Shown here: positions 11,401 through 21,829 of the stretch, piece by piece
Layout: each line of letters opens with the position of its first letter
Position numbering within the stretch: the stretch's first letter is position 1
Source: Monocercomonoides exilis PA203
Lineage: Eukaryota; Protista; Preaxostyla
Assembly (NCBI GenBank): GCA_001643675.2
Contig: LSRY02000061.1
Coordinates: 62,001 to 126,000 of the forward strand
Reading direction: 5' to 3'
DNA length: 64,000 bases
Translations under genes and position numbers: made by a program
Notes under the pieces: model-generated
What the model was told of the DNA's origin: nothing
Database searches by the model: none
The model's input: the letters and a program-made list of their open reading frames with translations, nothing else

Positions 11401-12424
11401 ATAACATTTTTTATTAAATATTTGCGAAAATATTTTTTGATCTTTTTTCACGCACATCACTTTTCGCAAGATGTTACTAAGTGAATATTAACTGAATCAT
11501 AAAACGGAACTTCCGTTGTTATTATTTAGTGAAAATTTTTGGTATGCGTTTTGTATGTTTATGCCCTTTTCCTTTCCTTTCCTTTCCTTTCTTTTCTTTT
11601 TTATTTTATTTTATTTTTTTTTTATTTTTGATTTATCTTCAGTATTTTTTAAAAAAAATTAACATACATATTCGAGATTTTTTTTCAAAATTGAAAAAGA
11701 AAAAAAAATGTTATCAGGAACATTATTTAATGATGTTTTGATACTGTTTATGTGCTTGTTTCATTTTTTAAATGAGTATTTGTCTCAATGCAAAAACAAA
11801 TAAGAATTTAGGATCTTATAATAAACTCGGAATAAATAAAAATCTGACCCTAACTACTTATTTCTGAATCAGTTTTCCCAAGCAATGTTTATTCTCTTTT
11901 AACATTTGTGTTTTCTAAATTATTCGTTATTGAAAAAATAAACCAATAAATGTCAAGGTTTTTCATAAAAAAAGAACAATAAATAAAAATAAAAAAAAAA
12001 AATCAAAAAATGCATTATCTAAAAAATGATCTTTTTAATTCAACAAAGAGCAAAAATGAAAAACAAAAGAGATATGATTATTATATTATTTTGAAAAAAA
12101 AATAGAAAGATAACATATCCTAATATATTCATTAAGGACTGATAACAGCCTGGATGATGAGAATAGTGCATGATATTGTGTAAAAAAATATAATATAATA
12201 TAAAATTTGAAAATAAAAAAGAAATAGAAAAGATAATAAAAAGAAGGAAATATAGTTAATATATTTCATTTGATGATAACAAACAAGCATCTCAATAAAA
12301 ATACAAAATAGAAGCATTACTGGTTTAACTTATGAATAAAATCAAAAAAGAAATATTAATAAGCATGTCACTTTTCTTTGTCAAAATGCATCAACAACAA
12401 TTACTGACTTCACTCGTCCATTTT

Positions 12425-15400
12425 TTAGTAGTTCCGAGACCTTTTCTTCCTGACTACAACAATTGCAATAATCACAACAACCACCACAATCACAACAACC
12501 ACAATAGGAACAACAATAGCAACCACAGTTCCTGCACTTGACTTCTTCTTCTTTTCTGGTTCTGGCTCATCTTTCGGTTCTTCGTGCTTTAGGTATTTCT
12601 CATACACATCTTCAAGATCACCACCTTCTTCTTTTGCTCCCACAATCCATCCTTTATTACCATCGTTGTAATCCTTCGCAAACCCAAATGCATCTTCTTG
12701 CTTGCAAAAGTTTTCAAAGTCTTCAGCAATGATGCACAAAGATGCTACAGAATTTTCTCCTTTGTTACTGTCCAACTCAAGATTGCCTTTTCCTGGAAGT
12801 TTCAAATTATCAACAGCATCTTTCACTTCAATGAAAATAGCTCCTGCCTTTCCACTAACTGCTTCACATGATTTGAATGAACATTTCTTTACTCTTCCCA
12901 TTTCCACTTTCGAATCCTTTTCAGTCATCTTGATCATAACACCAGCACATAATCCATTCCCTGATTTCACTCCATTCATGCTCAACCCTTCTATTTTAAC
13001 ACTCGAAGCTTTGTCTGAGGCATCCTGAATGCTGATTGCCGCTCCATCTATCACACTCACTTTATTGATCTCAATTGTATCAAATTTGACTGAAGAGGCG
13101 CTTTCAATATCAAACACTGATTTTTCGAATTTCACTTCATTATCGCCCTTGCACGCAACTCCACTCATTTCTAATTCTCCTTCTGTCACTTTCACAAGAT
13201 GGATTTTCGCAATTTCTTCATCATTTGTGGGTTCAACTGGCCCTAGTCTCACAAATTTGCAGTTCACTAAACTCAACTTAGCATCTGCACTGGCTGCAAC
13301 AATCAATGAGGATGTCTCGGTATTTGATTTCTCAAGTACATCCAATGACAATGGGAACAAGAAGGAAATTCCTCTGAACTCAACTTCACTTTTGCACGTG
13401 AATAAATGACCGTTTGATTTAGCGTCGCAATCAAGTGTGACTTCTGCCTCAATTTCTTTTGTTTCTGATTCTTTTTCACCTGCTTTCTCCACACCAACAA
13501 TTGTAATCAATGATAATTTCTCAAGTGTAATAGCTTCAGCTTTGATTGATTTATTCGTTTTGATTATGTTGATCTTGAAGTTTTCTCCTCCAACACCCAC
13601 TCCAAACAATTTGCATGCTTTGTCAAGACTTTTCTTTGGCGTTTCATAGCTCAATCCATCTTTGGTATCATCTTCTACTGATGCACTTACATACACATTT
13701 GTAATCGGATCAAAATACACTTCTATGAAATCAACTTCAGAGTTATCATTTGCTCCTTTTGCAACAATAAAGCATTTATTTGTATTTTTCTTGTATTCTG
13801 CTGCAAAACTTTTCTTCATCGCTATTGCTATGTCTCTATGAAGTTCAATTTTCACATCCAAATATAATGCTGTGTTATTATCAGCATTAGAAGTTGAATC
13901 TTCTTCTGAAACCTTGCATCCAGTAAATTCTAAATTAGTTCCTGTTTCTGGCCATGTCAGTTTATCTGCATTTGTAATATTTGTCATTTCTAGATATATT
14001 GCTCCTGCTTTCCCTTTTGCACATGTGCAATTTTCAAATTTTGTTTTACCGTTATTTTCAATAGCGAATGTACTTTCTGCATGCTCGCTCTTAAAATAAA
14101 GTGCTCCGCATTTAGCATCTGTTGCATCGCTTGAAACACATTCTGTGAATGAACAGCTATCCAATTTCACTGTAACAGCTGCTTCAGCTTTTCCAACAAT
14201 TTTCACTGCAGCACTATCTTTTGATGTGATCTTCTTCAGATTCAATGATGTCAATGAAACTAATGTCGCTCCTTCAACCAAAAATGGTGCTGTTGAAAAT
14301 GTTACTGCGTTGATATCATCTTTGCACTCAACAGTGTTAATTGTCAGTGTTCCTGCACTCACTTTTACAAGATGAAATTTAACTTCTTCCACTGCATTCG
14401 AAAGCGTCCCCCATGTATTGGTTGGTGTTGTTTGCTTAAAATCACAAGTGTCAATTGCAAGTGATGTTGATTCTGAATCAGCGTGAATCATGGCAAATGT
14501 ACTTGAACTATCTTTCAGTTGGTTTGAGTTTTGATCTGATGTTGCTTTGATATCAAAAATCAAATTCTTGAATGCTACGATATGCTTGCATGTGAACAGA
14601 TCAGCTTTATCAGCAGCGCTACAATCAATCTCAACTTTTATTCCATCTGTCTCTTCTGTTTCTTCCACTCCTTCTATCGTAATTCCTGTCTCTTTTGATA
14701 ATGCAACAGCTTCCGCTGTAACTTCTTGGCCAGATTCTTCTCCTTTTTTTAATATTTTGATGGAAAATTCTCCTGGACCTTTTGATGAATCCAATAATTC
14801 ATAAGCTTTTTCAATTTTTCCAAATGGTTTTTCTTTTGTCCCATCTGCTGTATCATCATTTCCTCCACTTAGAACATATGCTTCATGCGGATCAAAATAT
14901 AATGCCGTAAAATCAATATCTTCACTATTTTTCCCCTTAGCTGCAACAAACCAGTCATTTGTTCCTTTCACATAATTTTTGGCGTATTTCTCTTTCATTG
15001 CTTTTGCAATTTCCTTGTACTTTTCACTGTCCACTTCCAAATACAAAAACGTCTGTTTCTCTGATCCAGCTTTGCACCCGCTAACTGTCAATTTTTCTTC
15101 CGCAGACCATGTCAATTGATTCGCATTTGTAATTTTTGTCATTTTCAGATATATCCCACCTGATTTCCCATTGGTACATTCACACGAAGTAAATGTTGTT
15201 TTTGCATTTGAATATCGCGAACTTTCTCCAATGTTAAATTTGCTTCCTGTTCCATTACTTTCAACATACAATGCTCCACTTGTGGCATTAGTCTCTTCTT
15301 CTGTTGATTTGCAATTTCTAAACGTACATCCGTGGACGTTCACTTCAACGTTTTCACTATCTTTTCCCACAATCTTCACTACTGCACTTGCACTCGATTC

Positions 15401-16099
15401 GATGTTATTGAATGTTGATGCAATAAATGTCACTTTTGTTGCTTTGTCAAACAAAAACGGAGTAGTTGAAAACTTTGCAGTGTAGTTTTCATCACTGAAA
15501 AAAACTGCTTCCATGTTGAATTCACCTGCTTCCACTTTCACTAAATGTATATTGGATGTTCCTGTTTCCGTTGGACGAACAAATTGGCAAGTGCTAATTG
15601 TTAGTGTGGATTGGCCATTTGAATTTTCTCCTGAATTTGCAACTGAACGAATAATAGCCAAAGTGCTTCCATCACTTGGAGAAAGTGATATTGGATATAT
15701 AAGCTTCAGATACTTGAAAGTTACAACATTCTTGCAGGTGAATATATCCTTGTTTTCACTTTCACCATTTCCTTCAGTAAATGTGCAATTTATATCCACT
15801 AACTCAGGAGTCCCATTGCCACTTTGTTTTCCTTGAAGCATTAATGGCTTATCTTTTTTAAACTCATTCACTTCTGCTACTAATGAACTATTTCCTTCTG
15901 TTTGCTTAAGAACTGTAATAATATATCCATTTTCATTTGGTTCACTATCAAGCAATGCTAATGCTTCTTTAATTGTAGCCTTCGGATTTCCTTCTGTTCC
16001 ATCTTTACTTCCGCTTGCCCCACTTTGAATGAACACTTCTTTTTCACCTTCTGCATATATTGAAAGCACAACTTGCAAAAATACAAATTTCAGAAACAT
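12425..16099 (-). CDS. Type I membrane surface protein (~1,224 aa) with three ~400-aa beta-helix-like repeats
   Basis: ATG at 16099 starts a signal-like MFLKFVFLQVVLSIYA. The repeats begin with DGTEGNPKATIKEA, DGTKEKPFGKIEKA and DGLSYETPKKSLDKA and contain C...K(S/A)G(G/A)I(Y/F) motifs. A Val/Ile-rich C-terminal TM helix is followed by a short RKKRSRNY tail. No introns. Confidence 0.9.
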   Translation of the reverse strand: MFLKFVFLQVVLSIYAEGEKEVFIQSGASGSKDGTEGNPKATIKEALALLDSEPNENGYIITVLKQTEGNSSLVAEVNEFKKDKPLMLQGKQSGNGTPELVDINCTFTEGNGESENKDIFTCKNVVTFKYLKLIYPISLSPSDGSTLAIIRSVANSGENSNGQSTLTISTCQFVRPTETGTSNIHLVKVEAGEFNMEAVFFSDENYTAKFSTTPFLFDKATKVTFIASTFNNIESSASAVVKIVGKDSENVEVNVHGCTFRNCKSTEEETNATSGALYVESNGTGSKFNIGESSRYSNAKTTFTSCECTNGKSGGIYLKMTKITNANQLTWSAEEKLTVSGCKAGSEKQTFLYLEVDSEKYKEIAKAMKEKYAKNYVKGTNDWFVAAKGKNSEDIDFTALYFDPHEAYVLSGGNDDTADGTKEKPFGKIEKAYELLDSSKGPGEFSIKILKKGEESGQEVTAEAVALSKETGITIEGVEETEETDGIKVEIDCSAADKADLFTCKHIVAFKNLIFDIKATSDQNSNQLKDSSSTFAMIHADSESTSLAIDTCDFKQTTPTNTWGTLSNAVEEVKFHLVKVSAGTLTINTVECKDDINAVTFSTAPFLVEGATLVSLTSLNLKKITSKDSAAVKIVGKAEAAVTVKLDSCSFTECVSSDATDAKCGALYFKSEHAESTFAIENNGKTKFENCTCAKGKAGAIYLEMTNITNADKLTWPETGTNLEFTGCKVSEEDSTSNADNNTALYLDVKIELHRDIAIAMKKSFAAEYKKNTNKCFIVAKGANDNSEVDFIEVYFDPITNVYVSASVEDDTKDGLSYETPKKSLDKACKLFGVGVGGENFKINIIKTNKSIKAEAITLEKLSLITIVGVEKAGEKESETKEIEAEVTLDCDAKSNGHLFTCKSEVEFRGISFLFPLSLDVLEKSNTETSSLIVAASADAKLSLVNCKFVRLGPVEPTNDEEIAKIHLVKVTEGELEMSGVACKGDNEVKFEKSVFDIESASSVKFDTIEINKVSVIDGAAISIQDASDKASSVKIEGLSMNGVKSGNGLCAGVMIKMTEKDSKVEMGRVKKCSFKSCEAVSGKAGAIFIEVKDAVDNLKLPGKGNLELDSNKGENSVASLCIIAEDFENFCKQEDAFGFAKDYNDGNKGWIVGAKEEGGDLEDVYEKYLKHEEPKDEPEPEKKKKSSAGTVVAIVVPIVVVVIVVVVVIIAIVVVRKKRSRNY

Positions 16100-16411
16100 T
16101 TTCAATTGATGTTCTTTTCTCAAAGCAATCAAAGATCTACGGACACATTAATTGCACAATCATTATTGCTATTTATGGTCTGTTGCATACTTCGTATTTT
16201 TTGGTATTTTCGAGTTAACATAGACTCTCTGGAACTATATTAGAGAAAGTGCATTGACAAATATAACTCTCAAAAAGATGATTCCAGAGAGTCTATGTTA
16301 ACTCGAAAATACCAAAAAATACGAAGTATGCAACAGACCATAAATAGCAATAATGATTGTGCAATTAATGTGTCCGTAGATCTTGATTGCTGAAAAGAAC
16401 ATCAATTGAAA

Positions 16412-19400
16412 ATGTTTCTAGAACAGAAGGAAAAGCTAAAATTAAGAGCAAAGCATTAATGAACAAATGAAATGGATATACAGTTCTTAAGCAAAGCTCA
16501 AGGAAAACAAAGTGGCAATGGACCCTGAGTTAGTGGATATAAATGTTTACTGAAAGGTGAGTGAAAACAAGGATATATTCACCTGCAAGAATGTTGTAAC
16601 TTCAGTATCTGGCTTATATCAATCACACTTTCCCAGTGATGGAAGCACTGGCTTCAGTTGTTCAGGAGAAAATTCAAATGGCAATCCACACAACATTAGC
16701 TGCCAATTTGTTCGTCCAACGGAAAAGCGGAAGCAGGTGAATTCAACATGGAAGCAGTTTTTCAGTGATGAACCACAAAAGCCAACTACTCCGTTTTGAC
16801 AAAGCAACAAAAGTGACATTTATTGCATCAACATTCAATAACATCGAATCAGTGCAAGATTGTGAAGTGAGCATTAAGTCCACGTCAGAAAATTGCAAAT
16901 CAACAGAAGAAGAGACCACAAGTGGAGCATTGTATGTTGAAAGTAATGGAACAGGAAGCAATTTAACATTGCTTGTTCAAATGCAAAAACAACATTTACG
17001 TGTGAGTACCAATCAATTGACATGGTCTGCGCAAAGCTGGATCAGAGAAACAGACGTTTTGTATTTGGAAGTGGACAGTGAAAAGTACAATAAAGCCATA
17101 AAATGTGAAAGAACAAATGACTGGTTTGTTGCGGCATTATATTCCGCATATGTTCTAAGTGGAGAAATGACAGCAGATGGGACAAAAAGATTGAAAAGCA
17201 TTGAGTAGTTCAGGAGAATTTTCCATCAAAATATTAAAAAGAATCTAAGAGCCACAGCAGGCTGTTGTTATCAAAAGAGACAGAATGATAGAAGGAGTGG
17301 AAGAAACAGAAGAGACAGATGGAATAAAAGTTGAGATTGATTGTAGCGCTGATAAAGCTGATCTGTTCACATGCAAGCATATCGTAGCATTCAAGAATTT
17401 GATTTTGATATCAAAGCAACATCAGATCAAAACTCAAACCAACTGAAAGATAGTTCAAGTACATTTGCCATGATTCACGCTGATTCAGAATCAACATCAC
17501 TTGCAATTGACACTTGTGATTTTAAGCAACAACACAACCAATACATGGGGGACGCTTTCGAATGCAGTGGAAGAAGTTAAATTTCATCTTGTAAAAGTGA
17601 GTGCAGGAACACTGACAATTAACACTGTTGAGTGCAAAGATGATATCAACGCAGTAACATTTTCAACAGCACCATTTTGGTTGAAGGAGCGACATTAGTT
17701 TCATTGACATCATTGAATCTGAAGAAGATCACATCAAAAGATAGTGCTGCAGTGAAAATTGTTGGAAAAGCTGAGCTGCAGTTTTGATGCTGTTCATTCA
17801 CAGAATGTGTTTCAAGCGATGCAACAGATGCTAAATGAGCACTTTATTTTAAGAGCGAGCATGCAGAAAGTACATTCGCTATTGAAAATAACGGTAAAAC
17901 AAAATTTGAAAATTGCACATGTGCAAAAGGGAAAGCAGGAGCAATATATCTAGAAATGACAAATATTACAAATGCAGATAAACTAATTTAGAATTTACTG
18001 GATGCAAGGTTTCAGAAGAAGATTCAACTTCTAATGCTGATAATAACACAGCATTATATTTGGATGTGAAAATTGAACTTCATAGAGACATAGCAATAGC
18101 GATGAAGAAAAAGTTTTGCAGCAGAATACAAGAAAAATACAAATAAATGCTTTATTGTTGCAAAAGGAGCAAATGATAACTCTGAAGTTGATTTCATAGA
18201 AGTGTATTTTGATCCGATTACAAATGTGTATGTAAGTGCATCAGTAGAAGATGATACCAAAGATGGTTGATGAAGTCTTGACAGCATGCAAATTCAGTGG
18301 AAGAAAACTTCAAGATCAACATAATCAATCAAAGCTGAAGCTACACTTGAGAAATTATCATTGATTACATTGTTGGTGTGGAAAAGCAGGTGAAAAAGAA
18401 TCAGAAACAAAAGAAATTGAGGCAGAAGTCACACTTGATTGCGACGCTAAATCAAACGGTCATTTATTCACGTGCAAAAGTGAAGTTGAGTTCAGAGGAA
18501 TTTCCTTCTTGTTCCCATTGTCATTGGATGTACTTGAGAAATCAACATCCTCATTGATTGTTGCAGCCAGTGCAGATGCTAAGTTGAGTTTAGTGAACTG
18601 CAAATTTGTGAGACTAGGGCCAGTTGAACCCACAAATGATGAAGAAATTGCGAAAATCCATCTTGTGAAAGTGACAGAAGGAGAATTAGAAATGAGTGGA
18701 GTTGCGTGCAAGGGCGATAATGAAGTGAAATTCGAAAAATCAGTGTTTGATATTGAAAGCGCCTCTTCAGTCAAATTTGATACAATTGAGATCAATAAAG
18801 TGAGTGTGATAGATGGAGCGGCAATCAGCATTCAGGATGCCTCAGACAAAGCTTCGAGTGTTAAAATAGAAGGGTTGAGCATGAATGGAGTGAAATCAGG
18901 GAATGGATTATGTGCTGGTGTTATGATCAAGATGACTGAAAAGGATTCGAAAGTGGAAATGGGAAGAGTAAAGAAATGTTCATTCAAATCATGTGAAGCA
19001 GTTAGTGGAAAGGCAGGAGCTATTTTCATTGAAGTGAAAGATGCTGTTGATAATTTGAAACTTCCAGGAAAAGGCAATCTTGAGTTGGACAGTAACAAAG
19101 GAGAAAATTCTGTAGCATCTTTGTGCATCATTGCTGAAGACTTTGAAAACTTTTGCAAGCAAGAAGATGCATTTGGGTTTGCGAAGGATTACAACGATGG
19201 TAATAAAGGATGGATTGTGGGAGCAAAAGAAGAAGGTGGTGATCTTGAAGATGTGTATGAGAAATACCTAAAGCACGAAGAACCGAAAGATGAGCCAGAA
19301 CCAGAAAAGAAGAAGTCAAGTGCAGGAACTGTGGTTGCTATTGTTGTTCCTATTGTGGTTGTTGTGATTGTGGTGGTTGTTGTGATTATTGCAATTGTTG

Positions 19401-19432
19401 TAGTCAGGAAGAAAAGGTCTCGGAACTACTAA
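16412..19432 (+). pseudogene. Second, inverted copy of the surface-protein gene; apparently frameshifted by many deletions (possibly intact in vivo)
   Basis: The last ~300 codons are nearly identical to the left copy, apart from 9-nt and 3-nt in-frame deletions. The 5' two-thirds is riddled with deletions but has few substitutions. Confidence 0.75.
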
Positions 19433-20119
19433 AAAATGGACGAGTGAAGTCAGTAATTGTTGTTGATGCATTTTGACAAAGAAAAGTGACATGCTTATTA
19501 ATATTTCTTTTTTGATTTTATTCATAAGTTAAACCAGTAATGCTTCTATTTTGTATTTTTATTGAGATGCTTGTTTGTTATCATCAAATGAAATATATTA
19601 ACTATATTTCCTTCTTTTTATTATCTTTTCTATTTCTTTTTTATTTTCAAATTTTATATTATATTATATTTTTTTACACAATATCATGCACTATTCTCAT
19701 CATCCAGGCTGTTATCAGTCCTTAATGAATATATTAGGATATGTTATCTTTCTATTTTTTTTTCAAAATAATATAATAATCATATCTCTTTTGTTTTTCA
19801 TTTTTGCTCTTTGTTGAATTAAAAAGATCATTTTTTAGATAATGCATTTTTTGATTTTTTTTATTTTTATTTTTATTTATTGTTCTTTTTTAGGAAAAAC
19901 TGTATATGCACACTTTACAGCAATATCTTATTTTTGCATATTTCGTTTGTTTATTGCTTAGAAACATCATTTGTGATGTTTTGAGTAGTTAAAAACTTGC
20001 GGAAGTTCATTAAAACAAAATTTTAATTTTTCAATAATTATGAAAATGGGTCATAATTTTTTCTAAAAATAAAAAAATATCAAAATAAAAAAATCAAAAT
20101 AAAATAAAAAAGTTTATCC

Positions 20120-21231
20120 TTATGAGTTTTCTGAATACAAAGAGGTAGATAAACCATCTCCTGGGTCAATATTGTCTGTTTCACTTGTTTCGCTGTCATT
20201 AGAAACAAGTAAATCATCAAAATCAGGATTTTCTTCTTTATTTTCTTCTGTTTCTTCATCTTCTTCAGCTTCTTCTGTTCGTTTTTCTTTGTTGGAAAAT
20301 AATTTTTGATTCAATATTTTTAAAATTTTTCAATCTTTCTCTGATTAATCAATAAAAAAGCAAGTTGATCAGCAACATATTTTTCTCGAATTCCATGGGG
20401 AGGAAAAAATCTTCTCATATGGCTCCATAATCCTTCGATTGCATTTGTGCATGCGTGAGTTTCTTCGTCATTAAATTTTCTCTTATGGCACACTGTTTGA
20501 TGATTGTTTCCTAAACGAGAAAGAGATAATAATGGCTTCCCCTTATCTGATATTATTGTTGAAATCGGTAGAATGTGCTTTTGCAAAATAAGAATCAACG
20601 TCGAAGCAGAACGATCTAAAACGATCATGATAATAAAATTCCTTGTTTCATCCATTTTATCTTTCTTTCGCTCCACTGAACTAAAGACCGACATTTGTTT
20701 CTTTCTTCTTCCTCTATGACAATTTCTTCTCCTCAAAGCACATTCATCTATTTCAACAATTATGTTTTCGCCTCCAAGAATAGTTTCATTCTGATTGATG
20801 ATGTCCATCGCGCAAGACCTTATAACAGATGACCAATATGCCTCAAAGTTCCTATGAATTCCCAACATTTCCGAGCAAATTTTGACACTTACACCATTCC
20901 AAATAAATACGTAATTAACAAAATCACAATTATTTGTATCCTGCTTCGATAAAATGATGTATTCTTGTATGCTGATTACCTATTGCTACGTTTTCTGCGA
21001 ACCCACATCATCCTTCCATAGTAACGCCTTATATGTATTTCAATTCTGTGTCTTCTGCATTTTGGCTTGTTTTTGATGATTCTCTGAAATATCGATTTTT
21101 TTAAGATTTCTCCGAATTGAGAAACAATCTGAATAATTTATTTGTTGTTCTTCCTGGAATAGCAAGTGAATGGTCTGAATCAGACACTTCTTCCATGAAA
21201 TTTTTGATTTATCAATGATCAAAAATCCCAT
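20120..21231 (-). mobile_element. Second decayed Merlin/IS1595-like DDE transposase, intronless, divergent from the first
   Basis: It contains LGGENIIVEIDECALRRRNCHRGRRKKQMSVFSSVERK, IISDKGK, HQTVCHKRKF...TNAIEGLWSHMRRFFP and an acidic tail (20120-20314). The N-terminal region is broken by stops and frameshifts. Confidence 0.88.
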
Positions 21232-21419
21232 AAATTAGTAAAAACGATAGATTTCAGAAATCAAAAAATCATGATTTCCGCGCATATTTAGTTCATGATA
21301 TATGCACTAAATAACTCACTTTATATTAATAAACTGTTTTTTCATTAATTTGAAAACTGCCGTTAAGAATGCATTTGCCTAAAAGAATGAGAAAATATCA
21401 TCGATGTGTCTAATATCGA

Positions 21420-21496
21420 TTTTTTTATTTATTTTTTTTTATTTTTTATTTATTTTTTTATTTTTATTTTTATTTTTTATTTTTTATTTTTTTTTA
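21420..21496. repeat. T-rich simple repeat (TnA)n
   Basis: Tandem runs of T separated by single A residues. Confidence 0.8.
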
Positions 21497-21829
21497 ATGC
21501 ACCAATAAAAAGATGAACATTATAAAGAACTAGCTCTATCTGGAGAATTTTTAAAAAAAATACTTTCTACATTCCAATATCCAACCAATTGAATCAGAGA
21601 AAAGCGTTTGTAACCTCAAGTTCAGTTTTGAACTTCGATCACAGAATCAGGGCTTTTCAAACAGTTTAACAAAAAATTTGAATCCAAAAATTTAAGAAAT
21701 TCTAAATTAAACGAGTGTTTCTTTCTTTAAAAATAATGAAAGCGAAAATCAAATAACTCAATTCACAAAAAATTTGAATTTCTTCATCCAAAATATTTGA
21801 TGAATAACACGAAAATTACAATAAAATCA

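Larger units (their letters stand above)
11958..19900. repeat. Large inverted duplication (palindrome): arms 11958-16234 and 16282-19900, 47-nt unique spacer 16235-16281
   Basis: The arms are reverse complements, and the ORF track shows identical ORFs on opposite strands (e.g. 12702-13028 + vs 18832-19158 -). The right arm is ~660 bp shorter because of many small deletions at 16380-18545. Confidence 0.97.

Noticed and set aside
11503-11517. Small perfect inverted repeat AACGGAA-C-TTCCGTT
   Set aside because: A 7-bp stem is expected by chance in 64 kb, and bacterial terminator logic does not apply here.
10100-11520. Terminal inverted repeats for the Merlin copies
   Set aside because: Only weak AT-rich matches were found by eye, with no convincing TIR or TSD.
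16235-16281. Palindrome spacer as a leftover PacBio SMRTbell adapter
   Set aside because: The length is similar but the sequence does not resemble the adapter; it looks like ordinary AT-rich genomic DNA.
10214-21231. Bacterial IS1595 contamination
   Set aside because: The region is embedded among intron-containing genes, shares their AT-rich composition, and one copy has a GT-AG intron.
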